Origin: Planctomycetota bacterium
Lineage (GTDB): Bacteria; Planctomycetota; JAJSAM01; JAJVHW01
Length of the DNA stretch: 64,000 nt
Reading direction: 5' to 3'
Assembly (NCBI GenBank): GCA_965248445.1
Contig: CBDFJG010000001.1
Coordinates: 96,001 to 160,000, forward strand
Under the pieces are notes generated by a model. The model was not told the DNA's origin and did not search any database. It saw only the letters and a list, made by a program, of their open reading frames with translations. Made by a program: the position numbers and the translations under genes. This document shows positions 42,117-51,275 of the stretch, in pieces; the stretch's first letter is position 1; each line of letters opens with the position of its first letter.

Positions 42117-43289
42117 TTACGGGATCGGGAAGCTCGTCGTCCCGAACTTGTTGCCGTCGAACGTGTTCTGGTCCTCGGCAACCTGGCTGAACAGGTCCGT
42201 TGATGCGCTGCCGCTCACCTTGTTCTTCGTGAACGTGTTGCCGATCGTCTGGACTCGGATGCCCAGGTCCGTTGAGCCCTTCACGACGTTCCTGTCGTAG
42301 AGGCTCCCTCCGGTCGACTCGACTCCGACCTGTACCCGGATGCCCGTGTCGGCCCCGAAGACCTTGTTCCGCGTTATCTCGGACTCGCCGACCCTGGCGC
42401 TGATTCCGATGGTTCCACCGCGAATCGTGTTCCTGGTGATGACGATCGGCTGCGCGATCGGGGTCGTCGAGATCCCGGCGAAGCCAACGTCTTGGACCTT
42501 GTTCCGCGACACCTCGATGCCCCGCGCGGTGAGGCTTATCCCGACTCCCGAAGGCGCCGAGACCTTGTTCCTCGTGATGACGGATCCGGTCATGTCGGTA
42601 CCGACCTCCGTCGAGATCCCGGTGTTGGCGCCGACCACGGTGTTTCGCTCGCACCGCGCATTGACGCCAGCCAGCACCAGCGCGCCCCCGACCGACGCCG
42701 TGAACTTGCTCTTGCGGATCACGACGTCGTTGATGGCGACGCCGCCGCTCATGTTGACGCCTACATTCACCGTGTCGACCGCCGTGCATCGGTCGATCAG
42801 GACTCCGTCCACCGAGGCCGGGAAGAACCCGTTCGAGACGTTGCTTGCGACGCACTTCATGAAGCGATTGCCGGTCCCGAAGGTATCTCGGAATCCGTTC
42901 GCCATGCCGTCGGCCGTGCACTTCTTGAACGTGCACGACACGCTGTTGCTCGTGGTCACGCCGTCGGAGCCGGTGCTGATCAGGCTCAGCCCCTGCACCG
43001 TGGTGTTCGTGCAACCGGTCACGGAGACCACGGAGATCGCCGCGCCTCCGTCCAGAACAGGCCGGCCCTTGCCGATCACCTTCACATCGGTCAGCCCGTC
43101 CAGGATGAGCCGCTCACCATAGGTCCCCTTCTTGATGACCAGCTTGTCGCCGTCCTCGAGCTGTGCAACGCCATCGGCGAGTGGGGTGCCATCGCCCGGC
43201 ACCACGGTCACGGTCTTGGCATAGGCCGTAGTCGCCAGCAACGCCACGGCCGCGACGAGCAGCAGGTTTCTGAGTTGGGTCGTCTGCAT
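42117..43289 (-). CDS. Secreted right-handed beta-helix repeat protein
   Basis: Signal peptide, GD....GTY.E and many I.RN.V repeats. Confidence 0.85.
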   Translation of the reverse strand: MQTTQLRNLLLVAAVALLATTAYAKTVTVVPGDGTPLADGVAQLEDGDKLVIKKGTYGERLILDGLTDVKVIGKGRPVLDGGAAISVVSVTGCTNTTVQGLSLISTGSDGVTTSNSVSCTFKKCTADGMANGFRDTFGTGNRFMKCVASNVSNGFFPASVDGVLIDRCTAVDTVNVGVNMSGGVAINDVVIRKSKFTASVGGALVLAGVNARCERNTVVGANTGISTEVGTDMTGSVITRNKVSAPSGVGISLTARGIEVSRNKVQDVGFAGISTTPIAQPIVITRNTIRGGTIGISARVGESEITRNKVFGADTGIRVQVGVESTGGSLYDRNVVKGSTDLGIRVQTIGNTFTKNKVSGSASTDLFSQVAEDQNTFDGNKFGTTSFPIP

Positions 43290-43303
43290 CACGAGACTCC
43301 GGG

Positions 43304-44473
43304 TCAGTTGAATTCGGTCGTGCCGAACTTGTTCTTCACGTACGTGTTCTCGCTCTCGGCCTCGACGCTCAGGAGGTCGGTATCCGTGCTGTCGCTCGCC
43401 TTGTTCCTCGTGAACGTGTTCCCGACGGAGAGCACGAAGAAACCGAACGTCGAGTCCTGCACCTTGTTTCTTGCGAAGATGCTGCCGGGAGTTCCGTCCG
43501 CGCCGGCATCCGCCCGCACGCCGACGCGGCAGCCGTTGACCCTGTTCTTGCGCACCACGGCATCGTCCATGACGATGAACAGGCCGGTGTCGAAACCGCT
43601 CACCTTGTTGCCGGTCACGACGACCGGCTCGGCCTCCGCGGTTGTTCGAATTCCGAACGCGCCGTCACCCGAGACGGTGTTCTTCGAGACGGTGACGCCC
43701 CGGCTCCGCACCTGGATCGCGTACGCGGTGATCTCGACGTTCGAGATCCGGTTTCTGGAAATCACGGAGCCCGTCATGTCCGTGTCGAGCACGGTGATCA
43801 CGCCAAACGAAGCACCGTCGACCGTGTTCCTCTGACAGATCGTCCGGAGACTGGCGAGGTTGAACGCACCGCCCGTCAGGTTCGTCACGCGGTTCCTCTT
43901 GATGACCGCATCGGTCGTCAGCGTCAGGTCATCGCCGACCGTAACACCCGTACGGCAGTCGGAGATCGAGCAGCCGAGAATCGTCGGCCGCTCGACCTCG
44001 GAGATCGAGATTGCGCACAGGCAGTTCGCGATGATGCACTTCACGAGCTTGACGCGCGCCCCCTCGAAGATCCTGACTCCGTTGATTGCAGTGCTCTCCA
44101 CGCGGCAGTCCTTGAGCGTGACGTCGGTGCACCTGAGGATCTGCACGCCGGTGTTGCCACCTTGGTCGAAGATGATCCCCTGAATCGTCACGCGCGCGCA
44201 GTCCGTCACGGCGATCCCGAGCCCGATCGGCGGAGAGAGAACGGGGTCGCCCTTGCCGATCACCTTGACCTTCGAGAGACCGGTCAAGAACACACCCTCG
44301 GTGTACGTGCCGGGCTTCACGATCAGCTTGTCCCCGTCCGCGAGTTGCGCAACCGCGTCAGCGATCGGCGTACCGTCGCCCGGCTCCACGGTCACCGTCT
44401 TCGCGTACGCGGGCGCTGCGAACGCAATCAGCGCGCAGACTGGCAGACAGAATCGCAGCGTCTGGGGCCCCAT
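43304..44473 (-). CDS. Secreted right-handed beta-helix repeat protein (paralog of the adjacent gene)
   Basis: Shares AYAKTVTV.PGDGTP.AD.VAQL.DGDKL, TDMTGSVI.RN and NKFGTT with 42117-43289. Confidence 0.85.
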   Translation of the reverse strand: MGPQTLRFCLPVCALIAFAAPAYAKTVTVEPGDGTPIADAVAQLADGDKLIVKPGTYTEGVFLTGLSKVKVIGKGDPVLSPPIGLGIAVTDCARVTIQGIIFDQGGNTGVQILRCTDVTLKDCRVESTAINGVRIFEGARVKLVKCIIANCLCAISISEVERPTILGCSISDCRTGVTVGDDLTLTTDAVIKRNRVTNLTGGAFNLASLRTICQRNTVDGASFGVITVLDTDMTGSVISRNRISNVEITAYAIQVRSRGVTVSKNTVSGDGAFGIRTTAEAEPVVVTGNKVSGFDTGLFIVMDDAVVRKNRVNGCRVGVRADAGADGTPGSIFARNKVQDSTFGFFVLSVGNTFTRNKASDSTDTDLLSVEAESENTYVKNKFGTTEFN

Positions 44474-44578
44474 CGCACACTCCTTCTTCCCCGGCCATGG
44501 CCGGCGAGGACAAGGAGTATCCCGGAATGACTCCGAACCCGCAACCCGGCAGGCGCACGCGCCCGCGTCGGCCTAGTG

Positions 44579-45319
44579 TCAGCCGACGGGAGCGGAGTGG
44601 CGCAGCGTGTAGCCGTGCTCGCCCCAGAAGCGCAGCCATGTCGACGTGATCAGAGCAGAGCGCCCGAACTTGAGGTCCGTGTCGGCTGGCCCGCCGGGCG
44701 GATGGCCGGGCAGCGCGCCCGCGATGATCGCCTCGACGATTCCCCGCCAGTCCGTCTTCGCCAGCTCGGGGTAGGCCACGCGCAAGTGCTCGCCGACCGC
44801 CTTGTCGAGCTCTTCGGCGAGTTGCGCTCCGTCTTCGGGAGTGATGTTCTTCTGCATGCTGCGCGTGAGTTCCAGTCCGAGCCACGGGATCTCCGGCACC
44901 GGAAACGGTGCGATCGGCCAGTCCATGTCGAGCTGGTGCAGCACCTGGTGCTTCGTCAGTTCCCACACCGGGCGCCCGTGCATTTCCTCGACCATGGCGT
45001 CGGGCTCGAGCGGCCACGCCTCCGTGGAGTCCGCCATGCGCTTCTTGAACCACTTGGTGGCCTTCGGGTCCATGCCGATGCGCGGCGGATCGAGATCCGA
45101 ACCCGGATAGCAGTGACACGCCGCGATCTGCCGGTCCAGCAAATCGAGCTTGTTCTTCAGGTGCCGCCGCCGCTTGCGCTTCGTGGACGACATCAGGATG
45201 GCGCCCACGCCGATCGCCTTCAGCTCGGCCAGAACCTCCTCACGCCCCGCCACGAAGCCCGCGTGATCGTCCACGTGCTCTGCCTTGAGCTTCCGCATCA
45301 GCGTCCATGTCTCGGGCAT
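44579..45319 (-). CDS. Hypothetical protein
   Basis: From MPETW; genome-typical codon usage; no recognised motif. Confidence 0.65.
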   Translation of the reverse strand: MPETWTLMRKLKAEHVDDHAGFVAGREEVLAELKAIGVGAILMSSTKRKRRRHLKNKLDLLDRQIAACHCYPGSDLDPPRIGMDPKATKWFKKRMADSTEAWPLEPDAMVEEMHGRPVWELTKHQVLHQLDMDWPIAPFPVPEIPWLGLELTRSMQKNITPEDGAQLAEELDKAVGEHLRVAYPELAKTDWRGIVEAIIAGALPGHPPGGPADTDLKFGRSALITSTWLRFWGEHGYTLRHSAPVG

Positions 45320-45371
45320 GGCGGCGGACGGTAGCGATCCGGCGACCGACCGCGAAGAACACGCGGCGCGT

Positions 45372-46053
45372 CTAGGTGGCCGAGTGCCGGAGCGCGGCCT
45401 GCACGAACCCGGCCACGACGGGATGCGGCTGCTCGGGCGAGAACTGGGGCAGGTAGAGCGTCCCCACGAAGAACGGGTGGTCTGTTCGCTCGACGGCCCG
45501 TGCCTCGCCGGTGCCGTCGGTCGCGACCACGCGGAGCCCCGACCCGTCGACCTCGGCCTGCAGCGAAGGATCGAGCCCGTACCTGCACGTGGTGCGCTCC
45601 TGCAAGGCCGCGCGATCGTCGTGCAGGGCGCGTAGCCGGCTCCCCGGGAGCAGCGCGACTTCGATGACGGTGTCGCTGAGATCGCAGGAGAGCGGGGTGA
45701 CGACGGCGCGGGCGCCGGTCTCGCCGTACTCCGCGTGCGCGGCCCCATGGATGCCGAGCACGGTGCGGGCATGTTCCACCAGAACATGCTGGAACCCGCC
45801 TCAAGGTCGCGAGCAACGGGATCTGCTCCTCACGGCAGCGGCGAATCAGCGCGAGCACGGCGTCCAAGTCGGCGTACGGACTGCCGGGCCCGAGCAGCAC
45901 CCCGTCGGGCGTCGAAGAGACGGAGAGCGCATTTGTGTGCACCCAGCGCAGATCCACATCAACCGATGCCGCACGCAGCGCGGCGAACGTCGTCGTGTGA
46001 TACCGCGAATCCGGTCCCAGATCGATCACGACGTCGATGCGGGCGGCGGTCAT
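45372..46053 (-). CDS. CTP synthase C-terminal (GATase)-related protein, probable selenoprotein; one extra base at 45803/45804
   Basis: N-half DGVLLGPGSPY..IPLLAT and C-half GGFQH.LVEHAR.VLGI..A.HAE..C.YGL..HPFFVGTL. TGA (45803-45801) sits at the nucleophile position of T-C-GGFQH; SECIS-like hairpin follows. Confidence 0.8.
45765..45799 (-). promoter_or_regulatory. Putative bacterial SECIS element
   Basis: GCGGG-TTCCA-GCATGTTC-TGGTG-GAACATGC-CCGC. The 8-bp upper stem starts 11 nt after the TGA and has a G-containing apical loop. Confidence 0.7.
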
Positions 46054-46931
46054 GCCAGGGGTTTACCGAGTGCGGCCGGCGGGCGCGCCTTTCCAACGAC
46101 GCCGGACAGGACGACGAGCGTGATCACGTAGGGCAGCATGCGCGGGATCTCGTCCGGGATCTTCGCCACCACCTGGAGCTGGTTGGCGAGAGCGGTCAGC
46201 AGCGCGAACCCGATCGCGGCGCACGCGGCGTAGGCCGGACGCCACTTGCCGATCACGACGCACGCCAGCGCCAGGTACCCGCGCCCCCCCGCCATGTGCT
46301 TGCTGAACGAGCCGACGTCGAACGCCAGGTACACGCCTCCGAGCCCGGTCAGGAGGCCCGCGGCGACGACCGCCCACGTGCGCACCGACGCGGCGGACAC
46401 GCCGAGGCTCTCGGCGCAGGCAGGGTTCTCGCCGACGGCGCGCAGTCGTAAGCCGGGCTTGGTGCGGCGGAGTGCGGCCATCACCAAGGGGATCGCGAGC
46501 AGTGACAGCCACGTCAGCGGGGAGAGGCCCGCGATCGCCGCTCCCGACAGCGCCTCCATCTGCGCGTCCGGGAACGGCTCGCTGGCGCCCTTGGCGCTCC
46601 AGATCGAGACGAGCGCCGCGATCGTCGCCGCGTCCACCAGGAGGTTCAGCGCGACACCGGCCACGACGTGGTCCGCCCGCGTGCGCGTGCAGATGACCGC
46701 GTGCAACAGAGCGACCGCGCCCGCCGCCGCCACGCCGACGCCCGCGCCAACCAAGACACTCCCCGTGAGCAGCGCACCCGCCGCGCCGCCGAACGCCCCC
46801 GCCAAGAGGTAGCTCTCGAGGCCGAGGTTGATCACGCCGGACCGCTCGGACAACACGCCACCGAGCGTCGCGAACAGCAGCGGCGTCGCCTCACGGAGCG
46901 TGGCGCCGGCGATGTCGAGGATGCCGCTCAC
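46050..46931 (-). CDS. Nucleoside ABC transporter permease (NupC/NupQ-like)
   Basis: SERSGVINLGLE, GLRLRAVGENP, GRGYLALA and P.ALG.P motifs. Confidence 0.9.
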   Translation of the reverse strand: MSGILDIAGATLREATPLLFATLGGVLSERSGVINLGLESYLLAGAFGGAAGALLTGSVLVGAGVGVAAAGAVALLHAVICTRTRADHVVAGVALNLLVDAATIAALVSIWSAKGASEPFPDAQMEALSGAAIAGLSPLTWLSLLAIPLVMAALRRTKPGLRLRAVGENPACAESLGVSAASVRTWAVVAAGLLTGLGGVYLAFDVGSFSKHMAGGRGYLALACVVIGKWRPAYAACAAIGFALLTALANQLQVVAKIPDEIPRMLPYVITLVVLSGVVGKARPPAALGKPLA

Positions 46932-47941
46932 GAGTCGCCGCCGAGCCGGGCGCCGGCCAGTGCCGCGGCAACGAGGATGACGACGCCCTGCACGATACTG
47001 GCCGCCTCGCGAGGCGCGACGCCGAGTGCGTCCATCGCGAACGCGCCGCTGCGTAGCGCGCCGAGCGCCAATGCCGCGAGAACGACGCCGACTCCGGTCG
47101 ATCGGCCGAGCAGCGCGACCGCGATGGCGGTGAACCCGAATCCCGGCGAGAACCCGTCCACGTAACGGCCGTGCTGGTCGAGCACCTGCTGTGCGCCCGC
47201 GAGCCCGGCCAACGCACCCGCGGCTGTGAGCGACCAGAAGATGCCGCGCGCGACCGGCAGTCCCAGAACCTGCGATGCACGCGGTGCGTGTCCGATGGCC
47301 CGCGCGGTCAGCCCGGTCCGTGTGCGCGAGAGCCACACGTCGAACGCTAACGCCACGAGCACCGCGAATACGAGCGCTGGATAAACGTGCGACAGTGTCG
47401 CGGTCGCGGGCTCGGTCTGCAGGATGGGGCTGTCGGCCCTGGCCCACTGTTGCGAGATGACGAGCCCGGCCAGAGGGACCGCAACGAGGTTCATGAGGAT
47501 CGTCGACAGAACCTCGTGCACACCGAGGTGCGCGCGCAGGACGCCCGGGATCGCGCCCCACACGCCACCGACGAGCAGTCCGACGAGCACGGCCAGCGGG
47601 ATCGCCACCGCGGACGGTACGACTGCCGCGACCAAGCCTGCCGCGAGACCGCCGAGAATCAGCTGGCCCTCCGCGCCGATGTTGAAGAGGCCGAGCCGCA
47701 GAGGCAGCGCGACGGCCAACCCGGCGAACACGAGCGGCACCGTCTCGACCAGTGTGCCGTGGATCGACGGCCCGCTCCCGAACGCGCCGTGCACGACGGC
47801 AGCGAGAGTCCGGAATGGGTCGTACCCGAGCACGGCAACGACGAGGCTCGATGCCAGGATCGCAATGCCGAGCACCTCGAGCGCGGAGAGTACGCGGTCA
47901 AGCGGTCCCGCGCGATGGCCGGTCGCGACGGCGTCGCTCAC
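46928..47941 (-). CDS. Nucleoside ABC transporter permease (NupB/NupP-like)
   Basis: GLFNIGAEGQ, HEVLSTILMN and GF.AIAVALLG motifs. Confidence 0.9.
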   Translation of the reverse strand: MSDAVATGHRAGPLDRVLSALEVLGIAILASSLVVAVLGYDPFRTLAAVVHGAFGSGPSIHGTLVETVPLVFAGLAVALPLRLGLFNIGAEGQLILGGLAAGLVAAVVPSAVAIPLAVLVGLLVGGVWGAIPGVLRAHLGVHEVLSTILMNLVAVPLAGLVISQQWARADSPILQTEPATATLSHVYPALVFAVLVALAFDVWLSRTRTGLTARAIGHAPRASQVLGLPVARGIFWSLTAAGALAGLAGAQQVLDQHGRYVDGFSPGFGFTAIAVALLGRSTGVGVVLAALALGALRSGAFAMDALGVAPREAASIVQGVVILVAAALAGARLGGDS

Positions 47942-49449
47942 CGGTGCGCTCCGGCCATCAGCAGTCCGATCTCGTCCTCCGTCGTCTCCTTCGGACGGAC
48001 CTCGCCTGCGATGCGGCCCCCGAACATGACGAGGATGCGGTCGCAGGTGTCGAGCAGTTCGCCGAGGTCGGTGCTGACGACGACGACGGCGCCGCCTTCG
48101 TCGCACACGCTGCGCAAGCGGCGATGCACGGCCTCGGTCGCGCGGAAGTCCAGTCCGCGAACGGGTTCAGCTGCGAGGAGCACGCGCGGATTGCGCCGCA
48201 GCTCGCGCGCCATGAGCACCTTCTGCTGATTTCCCCCCGAGAGTGCGTTACAGAGCGCATCGGGGTCCGGCGGCCGCACATCGTGCGTCGTGACGACCTC
48301 GCGCCCCTCGTCGATCACCTTCTCCCGCACGATCCACCCGCCGCGGAAGAAGCCGCGCGCAGCCGCCGTGCCGAGCACGAGGTTCTCGGCGACGGTCATG
48401 TCGCCGACAAGACCGTCGTGCACGCGGTCCTCGGGAACGTAGCCGAGACCCGCGAGGCGGCGTCGTCGCACCGGAAGGCCGAGCAGCGACGATCCGGCGA
48501 GCGTCGCCGTCCCCCCCGCCACGGGACGGATGCCCGCAAGCGCTTCGAGCAGCGCAACTTGACCGCTGCCCGCCACACCGGCGATTCCGACCATCTCGCC
48601 TGCGCGGACAACGAACGACGCGTCCGCCACCGCCGACCGGGCACCCCGTCCGTGAACCGTCAGCCCGTCCACGAACAGAAGAGTCCTCGCCGCGGGGTCG
48701 CGCACCCTCTCCGTCCGCGTATCCAGATCGAGGTCCTCGCCGATCATCAGTCGCGCCAGCTCGCGTTCGTCGCTCGCAGCCGTGTTGCGTTCGCCGGTCA
48801 CGGCGCCGTGCCGCAACACGCTCGCGCGCGAGCAGACCGCGAACACCTCGCGCAATCGATGGGTCACGAGGACGACCCCACAGCCTTCGCTCGCCAGCCG
48901 CTCCATCAGCGTGAACAGCTCCTTCACCCCCTGCGGCGGAAGCAGCCCGGTCGGCTCATCGAGCAGCAGGAACCGCGCGCCGCGCACGAGCACCTTCAGC
49001 AGCTCCACGCGCTGCTGCGCGGACACCCCCAGGTCGCCGACGCGCGCCTCGGGATCGACGTCGAGGCCGAAGCGTTTCCCGCAATCGCGTACCTCGTCCG
49101 CGGCAGCGTCGAGATCGAGCAGCGGTCCCGTACCCGGCTCGCGGCCGAGCACGACGTTCTCCGCCACGGTCAGCTCCGGGATGAGCAGGAAGTGCTGATG
49201 CACCATGCCGACGCCCCGCGCTGCGGCGTCCCGCGGGCCGCGCAGCCGCACGGCGGAACCGTCCACCTGCACGGAACCGGCGTCCGGCTGCAGGAACCCG
49301 GACACCACGCGCAGGAGCGTCGTCTTGCCGGCGCCGTTCTCACCGATCAGCGCGACGATCTCCCCCGGCGCGACGTGGAAATCGACGTCGGACAGCACGG
49401 TTTTCGCACCGAAGCGCTTCGTGAGACCCGCGACTCCGAGACCGCTCAC
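47938..49449 (-). CDS. Nucleoside/sugar ABC transporter ATP-binding protein (double NBD)
   Basis: GENGAGKT, GMVHQHF, YVPEDR and LSGGNQQK motifs. Confidence 0.93.
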   Translation of the reverse strand: MSGLGVAGLTKRFGAKTVLSDVDFHVAPGEIVALIGENGAGKTTLLRVVSGFLQPDAGSVQVDGSAVRLRGPRDAAARGVGMVHQHFLLIPELTVAENVVLGREPGTGPLLDLDAAADEVRDCGKRFGLDVDPEARVGDLGVSAQQRVELLKVLVRGARFLLLDEPTGLLPPQGVKELFTLMERLASEGCGVVLVTHRLREVFAVCSRASVLRHGAVTGERNTAASDERELARLMIGEDLDLDTRTERVRDPAARTLLFVDGLTVHGRGARSAVADASFVVRAGEMVGIAGVAGSGQVALLEALAGIRPVAGGTATLAGSSLLGLPVRRRRLAGLGYVPEDRVHDGLVGDMTVAENLVLGTAAARGFFRGGWIVREKVIDEGREVVTTHDVRPPDPDALCNALSGGNQQKVLMARELRRNPRVLLAAEPVRGLDFRATEAVHRRLRSVCDEGGAVVVVSTDLGELLDTCDRILVMFGGRIAGEVRPKETTEDEIGLLMAGAHR

Positions 49450-50492
49450 TCGGTCTCCGGCGGCATGGCCTCGACCGCGAGTTCGCCCGACGAGATGAGG
49501 CGCTCGAGAACGGCGAGGCGCGCCTCGTCCTCGGCGGACACGAGTGGCCGGTTGTGCTCGTCGAGCGCCCAGCCGACGCCGCCTTCGGCGACGCCGAACG
49601 ACTGGAACCCGCCGGTGAGCACGCCGTCCGCGAGACGCTTGCACGTGTCGAACACGGCGACGTCCACGCGCTTGACCATCGACGTGAGCACGGTGCCCGG
49701 TCGCTCGTGGTTCTGATTCGCGTCCACGCCGATCGCGTAGATACCCGCTTCCTTGGCTCCGGCGATCACTCCGTTCCCGGTCTGGCCGGCCGCCTGGTAC
49801 ACGACGTCGGCGCCCTGCTCGACGAGAACCCGCGTCAGTTGTTTGCCCTTCACGGGATCGGCGAAGCTGCCTGCGACGACCGAGATCACACGCACGTCGC
49901 CGGACGCCTCTCCGAGGTGTTTACTCTCGGCGATGAAGCCCTGCCGGTACCCGTGCTCGAACTTCATGAGCAGCGGAACGTCGAGACCCTTCACGATCCC
50001 CGCGATCCCCGTCTTCGTCTTCCGTGCCGCGAGCGCGCCGACCAGGTAGCTCCCCTCGTGCTCCCGGAAGACGAGTGAGGACACGTTCGGCATGTCGAGC
50101 GCGTAGTCGATGATCGCGAACTGCGTGTCCGGATGGTGCGCGGCGACCTTCTCGAGAGCCGAGGCCATCAGGAACCCGACCCCGATGACCAGGTCGAAAC
50201 CCTCGGAGGCGTAGAAATCGAGGTAGCGCTCGTCCTCGCTCATGGCGGCCGGTTCGCCGTATGTCGCGACGATCCCGAGTTCGTCGCGGGCGCGCATCAG
50301 CCCCTCGTAGGCCATGTCGTTGAACGAGCGGTCGCCGCGCCCACCGACCGAGAGCACGACGGCGACCCGGTGCTTGCCCTCCTCGGGAGCCGCCGTCTCC
50401 CCGGGACCGCGCCACACGGCGCCCGCCGCGAGCAACGCCGTGGCCGCGAGGACCACGACCCGCACCGTCCTCGCACGCCTGTTCCTCTCCAT
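49446..50492 (-). CDS. BMP/PnrA-family nucleoside-binding protein
   Basis: GDRSFN, FREHEGSYLVG, AG.TGNG, IGVDANQ and SMVKRVD motifs. Confidence 0.93.
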   Translation of the reverse strand: MERNRRARTVRVVVLAATALLAAGAVWRGPGETAAPEEGKHRVAVVLSVGGRGDRSFNDMAYEGLMRARDELGIVATYGEPAAMSEDERYLDFYASEGFDLVIGVGFLMASALEKVAAHHPDTQFAIIDYALDMPNVSSLVFREHEGSYLVGALAARKTKTGIAGIVKGLDVPLLMKFEHGYRQGFIAESKHLGEASGDVRVISVVAGSFADPVKGKQLTRVLVEQGADVVYQAAGQTGNGVIAGAKEAGIYAIGVDANQNHERPGTVLTSMVKRVDVAVFDTCKRLADGVLTGGFQSFGVAEGGVGWALDEHNRPLVSAEDEARLAVLERLISSGELAVEAMPPETE

Positions 50493-50597
50493 GTCGCGGA
50501 GAGGCTACCGAGAGACCCGCCGCGCCGCGCCTCGCGATCTCGGCGGCTCCGGACGCCCTCTCGGGCGAAACTGAGTGGAGACGGGAGTGGAGGGGGC

Positions 50598-51248
50598 ATG
50601 CCGGGTCACGACCTCGCGGCGTTCATCGATCACTCGGTGCTCGCGCCGAACACGCGCTCCGCGGACATCTCGGCGGCCTGCGCCGCGGCGCTCCAGTTCA
50701 ACTTGCGCTCGATCGTCGTGACCAGCGGGTTCGTCGGGCAGGCGAAGCGTCTGCTGACGGACTCGCAGATCGGCGTGGTGAGCGTCGTCGCCTTCCCCCA
50801 CGGCACGAGCGGACCGGACACGAAGGTGTACGAGGCCACGCGCGCGGTCGAACTCGGCGCGGACGAGATCGACTACGTCATCTCGATCGGTGCCGCACTC
50901 GACGACGACCTGCGCTTTCTGACCGAAGAGGCGCGCGCCATCTGCCGCGCAGTTCCCGGCCACGGTGTGAAGGCGATCCTCGAGACGGGGTACTTCACCG
51001 ACGAGCGGATGTTTGCGGTCGCGGGCGCCGTGCTTGACGGCGGTGTGGCGGTCGTCAAGACGTCGACGGGGTACGGCCCGCGTGGAGCAACCGAAGACGA
51101 CGTGCGCATCCTCGCGCGCGCCGCCGCCAACCGCGGCTTCGTCAAGGCGTCCGGCGGCATCAGCGACCGCGCCCGCGCCATGTCCATGCTCAACGCGGGT
51201 GCCTCGCTGATCGGCACCAGCCACGGACCAGCGATCTGCACGCCGTGA
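50598..51248 (+). CDS. deoC: Deoxyribose-phosphate aldolase
   Basis: IDHSVL, FPHG, GADEID.V, VKAILET, VKTSTG, VKASGG and IGTS motifs. Confidence 0.93.
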   Translation: MPGHDLAAFIDHSVLAPNTRSADISAACAAALQFNLRSIVVTSGFVGQAKRLLTDSQIGVVSVVAFPHGTSGPDTKVYEATRAVELGADEIDYVISIGAALDDDLRFLTEEARAICRAVPGHGVKAILETGYFTDERMFAVAGAVLDGGVAVVKTSTGYGPRGATEDDVRILARAAANRGFVKASGGISDRARAMSMLNAGASLIGTSHGPAICTP

Positions 51249-51275
51249 CGAGTCGTCCCGTACTCTGAACGACGC

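Noticed and set aside
41251..43014. 587-aa ORF as an apparent PNP fusion
   Set aside because: The N-terminal part is an off-frame overlap with the beta-helix gene; the real PNP starts near 42087.
45798..45810. prfB-like programmed +1 frameshift at CCTTGA
   Set aside because: The TGA is in the destination frame rather than the zero frame, so the RF2 mechanism does not apply. Sec plus an indel fits better.
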